The notes under the pieces are model-generated. The model was not told where the DNA came from. It made no database searches and saw only the letters and a list, made by a program, of their open reading frames with translations. From assembly GCF_964204645.1 (NCBI RefSeq), contig NC_134028.1:3596001-3660000 (forward strand): a stretch of DNA of 64,000 nucleotides, written 5' to 3'. Origin of the DNA: Tubulanus polymorphus. Lineage: Eukaryota; Animalia; Nemertea. Below are positions 41,119-53,200 of the stretch, one piece after another. The stretch's first letter is position 1, and each line of letters starts with the position of its first letter. Both the position numbers and the translations under genes were made by a program.

Positions 41119-42384
41119 ATCGTTGGTAGAAGGTTTTATAATCGGATGGGCTTATATCATACTGAGGTTTGTGAAAATAGTTCTACGTTCAGTACCTGTG
41201 TATTGGACGACGGTTTTGGTCGGTATTTAAAACCACCGTCTCACGTTATACCCGTCAGGTGCTGCCGCTATGCTCAAGATTAGCGGAATTTTCGAACACT
41301 AAGCATAAACTGACTTTGGCAGTCAACGGTTGGTAATTCTCAAATCCTTTGGCTTTGCTCGGCCTGCGCAAAAACAATTTTCCGGCGTAGTAGATTTTCG
41401 TGTACTTCAAACTTAAAAAATTATTTATGTCAATTTCGGGGAAAACCGCATTATTAGAAATAAAGCTAAAAGAAGTTTTCATCAATAAATGTTTACGTTT
41501 TTATTCTTGATTTCAATAGGACATGCGTATTGTAATAATAATATAAGGCTGCAACTCACCCTGGTAAAACAATAGACCTATACTTGATTCTCATCAGAAG
41601 TTGTGAAAATATGAGTCATTGAAGAGGGACTGTTGTAATATTCTATACCGATGCCGTACGAAATATTCCAAAAGCTCTATTATGATGGTGAAGACTTGTG
41701 TTGGCGTGAATTTTTACCGGCTGATATCGGTCGGTATAGTTTATAAATTATTCTAAAATCTAAGAAAAAAAAAACAGGCGGCGGCTATAAATTAGAAGGG
41801 AGTGCGCTGTTGCATGGGAATCAAGTAATTTATTTTTATGGCCTTATCAAAGCTCCACTATATAGGCCTATTATTGTTCAGCTGGCTGCTGGCGCGTTTT
41901 CAACCCGGCAGTAGAACCTTTTCATTCAACTTCTATAAACTCTCAATGTAAATCCATTCAACAATAGAGACACAATTGCGGCTTTTCAGAGTTGTTGATA
42001 TCATTCATATACGCGCTATTGAATACGTCACCGGCTGACCACGGTGGACACAAGCATAGGCCATTCACCTCTGCACACTCACACTGTGAACATGCTACCG
42101 TGGATTCTCCTCCTGGCGATTTTCGCTGCGCTCCCGCTCCTGCTCCTGTTCCTGCTTCCTGAGGAACGACGTCTTTATGTTTTATGTGTTACTGTTCGTC
42201 TCCGTACTGTCCTGTACTGTTCCGTGTTTGTTAATCCGTTCTATTTTTCAGGGTGTAATCCGTTTTATTTTTCAGGGCCGATTTCTCTGTCGAATTTCAA
42301 CGTTTGCTGGAACAAAACTAATGTCCGAAAGCGTCGGCTCTCCTTCACCGTCACATGTCGAGGATGTCAGACAAAGAGTCGGTC

Positions 42385-43027
42385 AGGAAATGGCTGCCCT
42401 GTACATGCCCTCATGCCGAACACGAAAACCAGGATGACGAGGCCTCACTCTCCCCACGTATCAACAGAGTGTGCTTGGTGACGTCAATGACGGGCAAGTC
42501 AGTCGGATTGCACAGGTTAAAAGTGGAGTGGTAAAGCTGGACTGTCTACTAGTATTCATTGATTCCTTTTCAGGAATTGCTTCGGACAAAGATTTAGTCT
42601 TGTCTTCCTTTGCGTTCTAGCATTCATTGATTCCTTTTAAGGGATTGCTTCGGGCAGGGATTAATTTCCCTGTCTTCCTTTGCGTGCTAGGATTCATTGA
42701 TTCACTGCGGGATCGCTTGCGTGCTAGCATTCATTGATTCCTTTTAAGGGATTGCTTCGGGCAGGGATTAATTTCCCTGTCTTCCTTTGAGTGTTAGTAT
42801 TCATTGATTCCGCGTGGGTTGCTTCGGGCAGGGCTAAGTCTTGTCTTCCTTTGGGTGCTAGTGCGGGCAATCCGGTTGCGCTGCCCTATTTTTGGCTTGG
42901 GTAATTTGATAGGTTTGTCAGTTACTGACGTCACCCAGCACACCCTGTCAGTAAATGGTGAAAGTAAGACGTCGTCATCCTGGTTTTTGCGTTCTGTGTG
43001 AGGGCGTGTAGAGGGCAGCATATTCCT
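42385..43027 (+). repeat. Diverged ~165-bp inverted repeat enclosing five tandem 37-70-bp stem-loop units
   Basis: Left arm 42393-42558 aligns almost gap-free to the reverse complement of 42852-43019. Units start at 42549, 42617, 42687, 42724 and 42794. Confidence 0.92.
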
Positions 43028-43032
43028 TGTGA

Positions 43033-43262
43033 TTAACCTTGTGATATAGATATCCAAAATCTAGATGTTTTGAAATAGGCAGAAAAATAAGTTCAGCTTG
43101 TGATATAGATACCCAAAATCTCGATGTAATAAATTAGGCAGGAAATAAAATTAACCTTGTAATACAGATATCCAAAATCTAGATGTATTGAAATAGGCAG
43201 AAAAAAAATTAATCTTGTAATATAGATATCCAATATCTCGATATTCAAATAGGCAGAGAAAT
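43033..43262 (+). repeat. ~59-bp tandem repeat x4
   Basis: Unit cttgt(g/a)atatagatatccaaaatct(a/c)gatgt..aaataggcag. Confidence 0.92.
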
Positions 43263-43497
43263 TTTTAATTATGTGCTTGGATTTAAAGAAAAAAAATTCT
43301 GTAAACTCGACCGCCGATCACACAACTATATCTGTACTTCGATTTCCGATTTTGAAAAAACTTAACACGGAGAAAACAACCAAAAAAATTAAAATTAGAC
43401 AAAATTATCTACGACCTTGTAAACTTTCGGACTATTTACACTGAAAAAACGACAAAAAATATGTAAAATTAGACGCCCAACTTAGGAGACCCTTGCC

Positions 43498-44545
43498 GAT
43501 AATGAACCCAGCAATCATAAAGGTAACTTAATATATATGGAATTATTGCGATAAATTCTAAATAAGATATTTTGTCATTACAGGATATCTTCTTTTAATC
43601 ATTGCAGCTAAATTTCAACTACAAGAAAAAACCCAGCTTGAGATCAACTACTCGTCATCAAAATCAACCAACTGGAACAGCAAACAGCAGGCCCATTAGA
43701 ATCAAACTCATCAACCAATCATCCATGCAGATAATGAACCAAGCAATCATAAAAGGTAACTTAATATGGATGGCATTATTTCGATTAATTCTAAATGAAA
43801 TCTTTTATCATTGTAAACTTGAAATGTAAGTTGATTTTGTATGGAAATAATTATGATGAATTCTAAATGAAATAATTTGTCATAACAGGATATCTTCTTT
43901 TAATCATTGCAGCTAAATTTCAACTATAAGAAAAACCCAGCTCGAGATCAACTACTCGTCCAAAATCGACCAACTGGAACAGTGCATAGCCAACTAGAAT
44001 CAAACTCATTAACCAACAAACTTAGATGATCCATCCTGATTATGAACCAAGCAATCATAAAAGGTAACTTGATATACATGGAATTATTTCGATTAATTCT
44101 AAATAAAATATTTTGTCATTACTGGATATCTTTGTTTACTCTTCAGCTAAATCCTATCTTTATGAAACTACCCATCTTTAAATCAACTACTCATCAAGAA
44201 TCTACAGATTAGCTCAGCCCATAAAACAATCCAAGCTTGAATTAACGCATTAACGGACTTAGAACATCAACCAATTCATCAACCAACCTACTAATAAGAT
44301 CATCTCTGATAATGAACCCAGCACTCGTGAAAGGTAACTTGATATACATTATTCTAAATTCTAAATGTAATGATTTTTGATACCGGGAAATAATCTTTGA
44401 ATCATTGCAGCTAAGTTTCAACTATAAGAAAAAGTCCAGCTTGAGATCAACTACTCGTCCAAAATCTACAAATTGGAACAGGGCACAGGAGAGGCCAGAA
44501 CTGAAGCCAGCAAACTCAGGTAAGTTGATATACATGGAAATTACC
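43498..44545 (+). repeat. Tandemly duplicated exon-intron units (non-coding)
   Basis: Repeated gataatgaacc.agcaatcataaag|gtaactt ... ttaatcattgcag|ctaaatttcaacta. Confidence 0.88.
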
Positions 44546-47500
44546 GGTATGTAGAAATTTCAGACCTCTATGAATATGATTTAATAAGTGACTATCATCA
44601 AAATCTATTTACTGGTCCACATGGCTGATCTTTTATCTTTAAACTTTTATCTTCGCTAGTGTTAAAAAGTGATGAACTAGTCCTACTACTGCAATCAATT
44701 ATTGGGGTTTAAATCGGCATTTGACGTCAATGAATTTTACTTTGTGAAAAACACGCTGTCTTGTAGTTTGAAATGACATGTAAATCATGTTAAATCTCTC
44801 TGAAATGTTTTGCTTTCTTCACTTTGTTCACTCAGCCAAACTACATCTCGGAAATTATGGTCTGAAGAAGACACTCACAAGTAGATGAATACTGATTGAC
44901 CCATTTGCTGATGAAAACTGCAGAAGCCCAGTTGATAAGTTGAGGAGCCAGCGACGGATTAATCACTCAACGATGGATTCTTCTACAATTGATGTTTGAT
45001 TTCTATAAAACATTTTATCAGGAGCAGCAGAGAAAAAAGTGTATCTTATAAACACTAATGTTAATGGATTATCTTATCAACACTGATTCAGGATAAACAC
45101 TGTTTTAGAAGCAGCAAAGACAATAGTGTATCTTATCAATTGAGGAGCAGCATAAACAATAGTGCATCTTATAAACACTGAGATCCAGCTGGAGCGGCGA
45201 AGACAATAGCAAACTTCTGTAGTAAAGTATTGATTCTTTTTACATGTAACCCTTTTTCGAACCAGTCTGATGGATAATATAGTCTTTTCGAGGAAACTAT
45301 TTTATAATGTGTTATGCAATGTGAGAGTAATAAAAGCTAAGCTCCATTAATTCAAATATTGGTCTTCGATCCTTGGTTGATAGATAAGTCAAGTTAGGTT
45401 AGTCACTAGGGGTAAATGTTGGCGTCGAGAGCCTAGTTTGGACTCGTAGGTCTGTTGAGTTAACACCTAAACTGAGATATAGTTTCAACATGTTATTGTG
45501 AGTTTTATCTTTGTGCTTACCGTAGTTAAGCATAGTCAACAGTGGCTATGCCCCTGTCTGGCTTTGCCCTAGATATCACATAGTTAGGAAACATAGAACA
45601 TAGCGTTAATGATTCAAATGAATGGCCAGTGTTCTATACAAATAAGTATTTGCGGAATTGTAGATGTATTAATTTGATGGCATTTTATGATATTTCTTCA
45701 AAGGCCCATGTAACTCATTTGACAAATGAATCGTATATGTCAATTTTCACATCGAGTTTTAACTTTGAGCCTCCATCAATCTGTTTGATGATCATAGCTT
45801 AGTATTTGAAAACAAAAGCTTCATCTAAAAGGAGACCATTATTTACATTTGAGAGGTAAAGCTAGGAATAACAAGGCATAAAGTTATAGCTAGGACTAAT
45901 TTTTAACGTTTTAACATTGTTTATAGCTGTTTGAACTTCTTTTATTGTAATATGTAAATCCATATCACGAGATGGCTCTCGTGAATAATCTCTTAGCTTC
46001 AAATCGGGTGTATAATGATTATTAAGGAGTGGCAGTGAATCGGTAGCGCTTTTTTAGAATGGGCCCAGAACTTTACAGTGAAAAAATGCCTGCAGTTGTA
46101 AATAGAGGAGTATAAATAATACATAATACAAAATACAAGTACATAAATTAATAAAGAATCAAATAAATAAAATAACCAATAAATAATAAATAGTAAATGA
46201 TACAAAATACAAGCACATAAATAGATAGATGATATAAGAAATAGATAAAAATAATAAACAACAATACAAACAAACAACAAATTAATATTCTATTTACATG
46301 AAAAGGCATTTTTTCAAATATTTACCAACAAGGTTCTTCAATTGAACAACCTTCCCTAAGTATGCAGAAAATCCGAGATCTTTTCTGTTGTTGTTTTAAG
46401 CATTCTATCGGACTGTTGTTGTAATGAACAAAACAAATAACCATAAACCTTAACTAAATCGAACACACTTAAAAAAATAACTGATATGATAGAATGCTTT
46501 GAATAACTGTGATGAAAGATCGACCGTCCTTTTAACGAGCTGCGCTCAATCACTGCTGTGACCGTTGATTGTTATACTGGGGTAGACTTACTATCTAAGA
46601 TCTGGTACAAACATTTTTCTTTTAAGAAAGAATGTAAAACAGCTATAAACGTAAGTTATTGATGTTGTTGATTAGTTACCGATTGTATAATTATGTTGAT
46701 GTTTTCAAAGCTGCCAGAAAAAAGGTCAGAATACTTAGTATTTAATGTCAAGGTGTTTGGACATCAAGACAAGGCAAAGTCGGTAAAATTCTAGTTCTCT
46801 AGTGAAAGTAATGATTAGTTGACACTAAGATTTCTAGAGTGAATCTGTATGTTTTATCTCTAAATTTAATGCTTTATGTTGGAGACTGTTATTGTAAAAC
46901 AGTCTGCATATTTGGAAATCAGGAACTTGCATCATGATTCCTCGAATAAGATATTATTGTTGTGTGAATAAAACGATATACATTTTCATCATTCGTGTTG
47001 AAACTTTCCAGTTTTTAAGTTTTATAGCAACAATTCCACTGTGGTGCTTTTCGGTGTTTCATAAAATACTGATTTAATTAAGGCCTTGTCAAAAATAGCA
47101 GGAGCATAGAATAGAAGGAGCAGTTTCTTTATAGGCTAACTTGAGGATACAGTGCTAGTTTTGATTATCGGTTTAACCGCGTCTTGGGCCTGTAATATCT
47201 GGGCAAGAAGAATTTCTGATTTTTATAGTATTATCAAGTTGAATAATACAATTTTAGTTACTGAATACCGTAGCTTTGTCAGTCAAAACATATTTATATG
47301 AAGATACTTGATTAATCTTAGATTATCACAAAGAAAAACCTTAAAAACCTTAGTAAAATAATGTTAATGAAAATTAAATCAAAGACTGTTTTGTTAATCG
47401 AGTCTGAATTTGTGTTTTTATCTCCGGTTTTAATGTTTTTATGTTGGAGACTTTTTTTGAAGAAATACAGGTCACGTTTTTTGTAAATGACTGCGGCACT

Positions 47501-49021
47501 TCCTTGAGGACATAAATACCGCTGTCATTTAGGTACCGGGTATGATTGTTGTTGTGGGGATAAAACGACATGTTCATGTCGATCGTTCATAAAACACTGA
47601 TTTATTAAGGTCCTATCCAATAAAGTTGAGCTTCAAAAGTTGACATGATAGATTCATATTTCATGAAAAAGTGTCGGTTATGTTGACCTCATGAATCGTC
47701 AAATTCATGATCTTTCAGACTAGTCCCAATTTTCGGTGTTTTATGCATCAAAGTTTACAATTCTTTGTGTATATTTTTTATTTTCCTATTGATGCAAATT
47801 GTATGAATCAGTAGTAGTGGAGATGTATCGTAGATAAAGACTTCAAAATACCTTACATGTAACTTTTGTGGTTTTTAAGTTAGTACAATTTCATACATAG
47901 TAATAGAAATAAATTACTATGGAAATTTGAGAAAATAAGCTAAAAGATAATAATTTGTTATATCGGAAATTAAAATGTAAATCAGATTGATTATTTAATC
48001 CTACGCTTTCCAGAGTATTTGGCCAGGTTTATCTCTGGTTTTAGTGCGGGGGCCATGGACTATAGAGTCCATGGTTGGGCCATAGACTTTTTTGTTTTAG
48101 AATCTATGGTTGTACCATGGGCGTATAAACTCTCGTTTATAGTTTATACGCCTATGGTGGTTGGACTAGTTGTTTTTTGAAAGTCCACGTGTTTGAGGAG
48201 CTTACATTATAATTCCTCGAGCACTCTTGGCATTTTGTATAATTGTTGTATGAGAATAAATATGATTGATTTTGAAATTTGTCATTCCTTAATTAAGTGT
48301 AACTAAAACAAAGCACTACTAAAAACGAAGATTATATGCACTCGAGAAAACCAACCAATTTACGTTTCATATGCGTTTGTTTATATCTTGTATTGCCTAC
48401 ACTCATTGACAGAGGTTGCTGAATACGCAGATAGCGCCCGATGTGTTGATTTCTAATGCTGAGAGCGTAGGTCTTCGTTTTAGTCATGCATATTTCTAAT
48501 ATCGCAAAGTGCATAGGTCTTCGTTTTAGTGGCGCATAGTTTTAGTAACACCCCCGTTTCACTGCCTTCCTATAAAATTCACTGCTTTTCACGGCTGGCC
48601 CGTGAATCATTTATGAACCCTGACAGTTGAATCAGTTGCAGTTTCCTGAAAAACTTTACCACACACGAGGTGCGCTTTTCATATACACGCACAGGTCACA
48701 TTGTAGCGAGTCTTGTGGCGAGCACGTGTGTGAAGCACGGCCGAATATAGTCAAAGCGCATATTCTTCCTAAACAAAATGTAATTCCAATGACAAATTGA
48801 CAAAAAAAGTGAAAGTCCATAATAAGGTTTCAACATCAGCACATTTTTATTTCTGAACAAAACATCTTTCTGACACTATAGAGTGATATGGACAACCTGG
48901 CTTTTGTTTTGACCTAAAGTTTGCCATACTCGGCGAGCTGACTGAGACCTGCTACAACTGGTTGAAGAGATCTTGGTTGCCTCGCGCTCGGGAGAATCAA
49001 CCTTTAAAAATGAAATGTCTC

Positions 49022-50110
49022 TCATCCTTTTTTCTCGCATTTCTTGCGTTCATCTTCATCGATCAAATAAGTCACAAATTCCCGAACAGTTTCGAATTCT
49101 GTGCGACCCTGTGGTTCAGTTTTTCGAGGTAAATTTGGTGTGACTGATTGAACTTTAGCACGGAATTCTTTCATCTGAAAATAAAGAAATTCCATTGTAA
49201 ACATGGATAAAAAGGTGAATTAAAGTAGTTAGTTGCCTTAGCTTTTATAATCAGATGGGCTTGTACCAACGTTGGTGAAAATATCCGATCATGAAACTAA
49301 ACCACGGACAGGTTACTGACAACTCATAGGGTGGAACCTCGAATTTGATCCCAAATTTAAGAATTCTAATAGTTCTTTAGCAGGTACTGGATATAAAAGA
49401 CCATTGGTATTCGCCCCTATAACTAACATATTTTCTGGTCACCGTCTTGTTCCCCTCAGGTTTTTCGTAACAAAGTTCTTCTATATGTCCTAAGATTGAT
49501 CGGTGAACTTCGAAAACTTACATCTTTTGCACCGACTATTTTCCAGATGCAAAATGTAAACAGAGACACACCGGTGACCGCATAAAGAGTACCTCGACCA
49601 AGTGCCCTCAGCGCTAGAGAACTACCACTCTCAACCATTTCTCTATTACCAGAAAATCCCTGCAAAAATACAAATCACATTTGAATGAACTCAACTGGCA
49701 TCACCCAAGAAATCTAAATGAATATTCTGGGACCTGAATATGGTCGAAATAAATGTTGTTTTTCCCAGGATATTGCAAGAATCACCTTCAGGAAATTTGC
49801 AGAATCTTTCTTTTTTGTTAAAGCCAATGTTGTACTAAATCCTAGAAGCAAAGACATGCTCGTTACGCCAGCCAGAAATAATCCACCTGAAAAGACAAAA
49901 TGGATTTGATACAAAAATTACATCGATCGGTTCCTTGCGGTACATATTACGTTGGCAGGTTTCTGAACTTTTAACTTTCAGTTTCTTAAAATACAGTTTA
50001 TCATCAATAACACGACTAACTATTGTAATACCTGTTAGTTTAAATAGTTTATCTGAATTTCCATCGTTTTTTAGAGACGTGTCGACCTTTTTTACGCTGG
50101 AATCAGTCAT
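49022..50110 (-). CDS. TMEM242: Transmembrane protein 242 (mitochondrial ATP synthase c-ring assembly factor)
   Basis: Four exons: MTDSS...KLFKLT / GGLFLAGV...GFSTTLALTKKKD / ESGSSLALRALGRGTLYA...WKIVG / MKEFRAKVQS...*. Confidence 0.92.
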
Positions 50111-50256
50111 ATTGAATGGTGAGCGGTGTATGGAGAGACTAGATCAGCTGTTAAAATCCGGATATGGACTTTTTTATTCAACATTCCAGGTCCGTGTTTT
50201 GCGCTTTAGGTAGAAGAGCCCCGCTAGGCAGCGGTAGTGAATGAAGATGGTGGACG

Positions 50257-53200
50257 ATGATGGAGACTAGTATTAGAGAAGGTAATTACTGCAAAATAAA
50301 CAAACAAATCTTATGTTTACAGCGTAGTTTCAGTGAAATGCACGCCTTATGTAGAAAATGCGATATTCAGAGGAGACGATAGAACAATATTTGATACGGG
50401 TACACTCTTCATTAGATTTGAAATTAGGAATTAATTATGACTACTACGTTTGTACGAGAACGAGTCGAACAAAAATTTTGATCTGGAAGTCGAAAAAAAT
50501 GTTTTGTTAATCTTTGAAAAATTTCGGATATACCTACCACGTTTCAGTTTAAGTCCTAAAAGTGCTGAATAGTAGTTACCGCTGACTTTCTAAACGTGGT
50601 TTGTTTCTTTCTAAATAAATTTTATTTTAGATCGTATCATGGATTCATGCATCTGACAAAATACCCGCTTCCTTCTTAATATCGGCTTTATCATTACAAA
50701 ACTTTTGATTTGGATAAATACCAGGAACTTATCTTTCAATTCTGATAAAAATGCTGATTGTTGACTTTTTGTTCAGTGCTGAAAAGCGTTTACCTGCCCC
50801 CAGTCTGCCCCAGTCTGTCATGGCTGCTTTTACCCGGAAATCGGGGAAAAGTCATAAGAATTTAACAATTTCTGTCTACGTTTTATATATTTGACCATAA
50901 TCGATGTAATAGGCAGGTTAAAAGCAAGTCAAATTAAAAGAGGCATCCCTTTACATACGTTAACTGTATTTGCTTCAAGCCCTTTAACCCTCTGTATGGA
51001 AGGGTAGCCTGTCTTTTGCACACTCAGTGTTGTTTATTATATTTATATGTGTTTTGTGTTTATTTTGATTGACAGCTCAAACGGCGAAGCGAGCAGTCAG
51101 GCGCACCATCCGGCTTCTACACGAGGCAATAGCTCGCAATGATTTGGAAGAGGTGAAAAGCATCGCCACCGAAAATGTTGACGTGAACTTCCACTGGCGC
51201 GGACAAAGTGCACTGCAGTTGGCCGTCCAGAAAGGTTATTACGAGATCTCGGCGTTTTTGGTGAAGAAAGGTGCAGATGTGAACAAGTGCAATGCCGAAA
51301 GTAATAGCGTTCTTAATATGGCTTGTTGGCGCGGACTTGACAGTATTGCCGAGTTGCTCATTGTCAGCGGAGCTGATGTCAATCTTCCAAATGAACAGGG
51401 TTCTACACCACTTAACTGCTGCTGTTTTAAAGGTCAGTTTATATCTCCCCGATCTTGTAGGTCTATGAACTCGGAACCTTCCGCATGCATAGATCAGGAT
51501 GGATGCCTGCTTGTTTTCAAGATGTGTAAATATGGAAAAATCCTGGGCTGGATTTCATAGATGTACAAGCAAAATAGTCCCTGGAAATTTGTCAGTTATA
51601 GCCATAGTTTCTCATTGTTACTATGGTGGTTGTTAACCAGCCAGATTTAGCAGTTATCCCTAGGGATGACTTTGATACCAGTCTATGAAACCGGGCCCTG
51701 GTATTTTGTTGTGAAAAAAGTCAATTAGAAATGTGAAAAATGTGAAATTCATCAATATGATCCCTCACATCTATTTCCCCTTTTGCTGGTAGACTTAGAC
51801 CTAGAAGATCCTAAGGTTAACGCACTTAGAGTGAAACTTGGTTCCTGAGGTTCGATCGTAATGCTTGATAATAGTTTGTATTGTTTTGTTATAGGCTTCA
51901 CAGATATAGCGCGTATGCTCATTAGAAACAAAAACTGTGATTTGAACACGGCCAACTATAAAGGCCAAACACCACTGATGACATGTGTTCGCACCGGAAA
52001 TATAGAGATGGCCGAAGAGTTGACCGAAGCCGGCTGCGAATTAGACAAAGCAGATGAGGATCATAAAACCCCGCTGATCGTTGCTGCTGAAAAAGGCAAT
52101 TTCGACCTGGTTAGAATGTTAGTTTATGCAGGTAAGCTATATCTGAAGAATGCCTTTGTCATTTCTTCGCGATCCCTGCCTTCCTATTTTCCTTGTGCGT
52201 ACAATGTGTATGTGTATGTACTAAATAGACTTCAATTGAATTCATTTCGCAGGTTGTGACCTTAATGTCTTGGACAAGAGGAATTGGACAGCTTTGTTAG
52301 AAGCAGTTTCTAATGGTCACTTGCTCATCGTTCAAGAATTACTCAACGCAGGCGCTAAAGTGAATACTGTCTCACACAAGGGAATCTCGCCTTTATTAGG
52401 TACGGATCTATTCTATATAAACAGAGTTGCCATGAGAGTGAATAACAGATTTAGAATTTTCGTGTTTCATGTTTTGTTTTCTGTATTCGCAGAGGCTGTG
52501 ATGAAAGAACATAAACAAATAGCTAAACTTCTCATACAACATCGCTCTGATCTCAACATCGCCAGTCATCTCAAACAAACCCCGCTTCACATCGCTGTCA
52601 GGCAAGGTAAAATATTCTTTTGAGATGAACAGTACTGATTAATGAGGAGTCTATTGTTATTGCGATTTGAAAGTGATGCAGACGCTTCCTCGAAATATGA
52701 AATTTTCTCCTTAAAAACTCCTAGTCCTGGACTGGGTTTCATAGATGTGGAAGCAAAATAGTCCCTGGGAACATTTTGAAATTTGCCAGTTATAAATAAC
52801 CATGGTTTCTCATTGTTACTGTGGTGGTTGTTACCCAGATTTAGCAGTTACCCCTAGGGATAACTTTGATAACAGTCTATGAACCCGGGCCCTTATATCC
52901 AGGAATGGCTTCCCAAATGATAGAGATGTTCATTTTGCCCCAGCACACCCGTGAATGCTTATTTCCTTGATTTCAGCCACTCATTATTTCGGTTCGGATA
53001 GTAATGGTAATGATATGGTTCGCGCTCTCGTCCTCGCTAAATGTAACATCAATTTACCGGATAACGAGGGATGGACTGCGTTGTATCAGAGTGTGTTCGG
53101 TGGCGACATCGGTAAGATATCACGATCGAATTAACAGTTTCACCGAAGCCTCACTTCTTCTCATACACCTCAGCTTTAGACAAAGAAATAGAAATAATAA

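Larger units (their letters stand above)
41786..45350 (+). ncRNA. Candidate spliced, repeat-modular, structured lncRNA
   Basis: TATAAA at 41786 after GGCGGCGG; fold-back at 42385-43027; hairpin array at 43033-43262; five GT-AG introns between 43523 and 44835; AATAAA at 45329; no conserved ORF. Boundaries and continuity are inferred. Confidence 0.55.

Noticed and set aside
42549-42861. Tandem units as a CRISPR array or as hammerhead ribozymes
   Set aside because: No unique spacers and no cas genes in a eukaryotic context; neither strand has CUGANGA/GAAA boxes at the junctions.
42044-43057. ORFs 42044-42481 (+), 42177-42437 (+) and 42794-43057 (-) as proteins
   Set aside because: No recognisable domain. 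The apparent peptide similarity between strands (NQDD..LSP...RVC.VTS) is a by-product of the inverted repeat, and the substitutions follow pairing rather than codon position.
43826-44810. Intronic C/D-box snoRNAs in the repeated introns (ATGATGA ~43852, GTGATGA ~44669)
   Set aside because: No properly spaced D box with a terminal stem or recognisable rRNA antisense element, and the C-box-like motif is not kept across intron copies.
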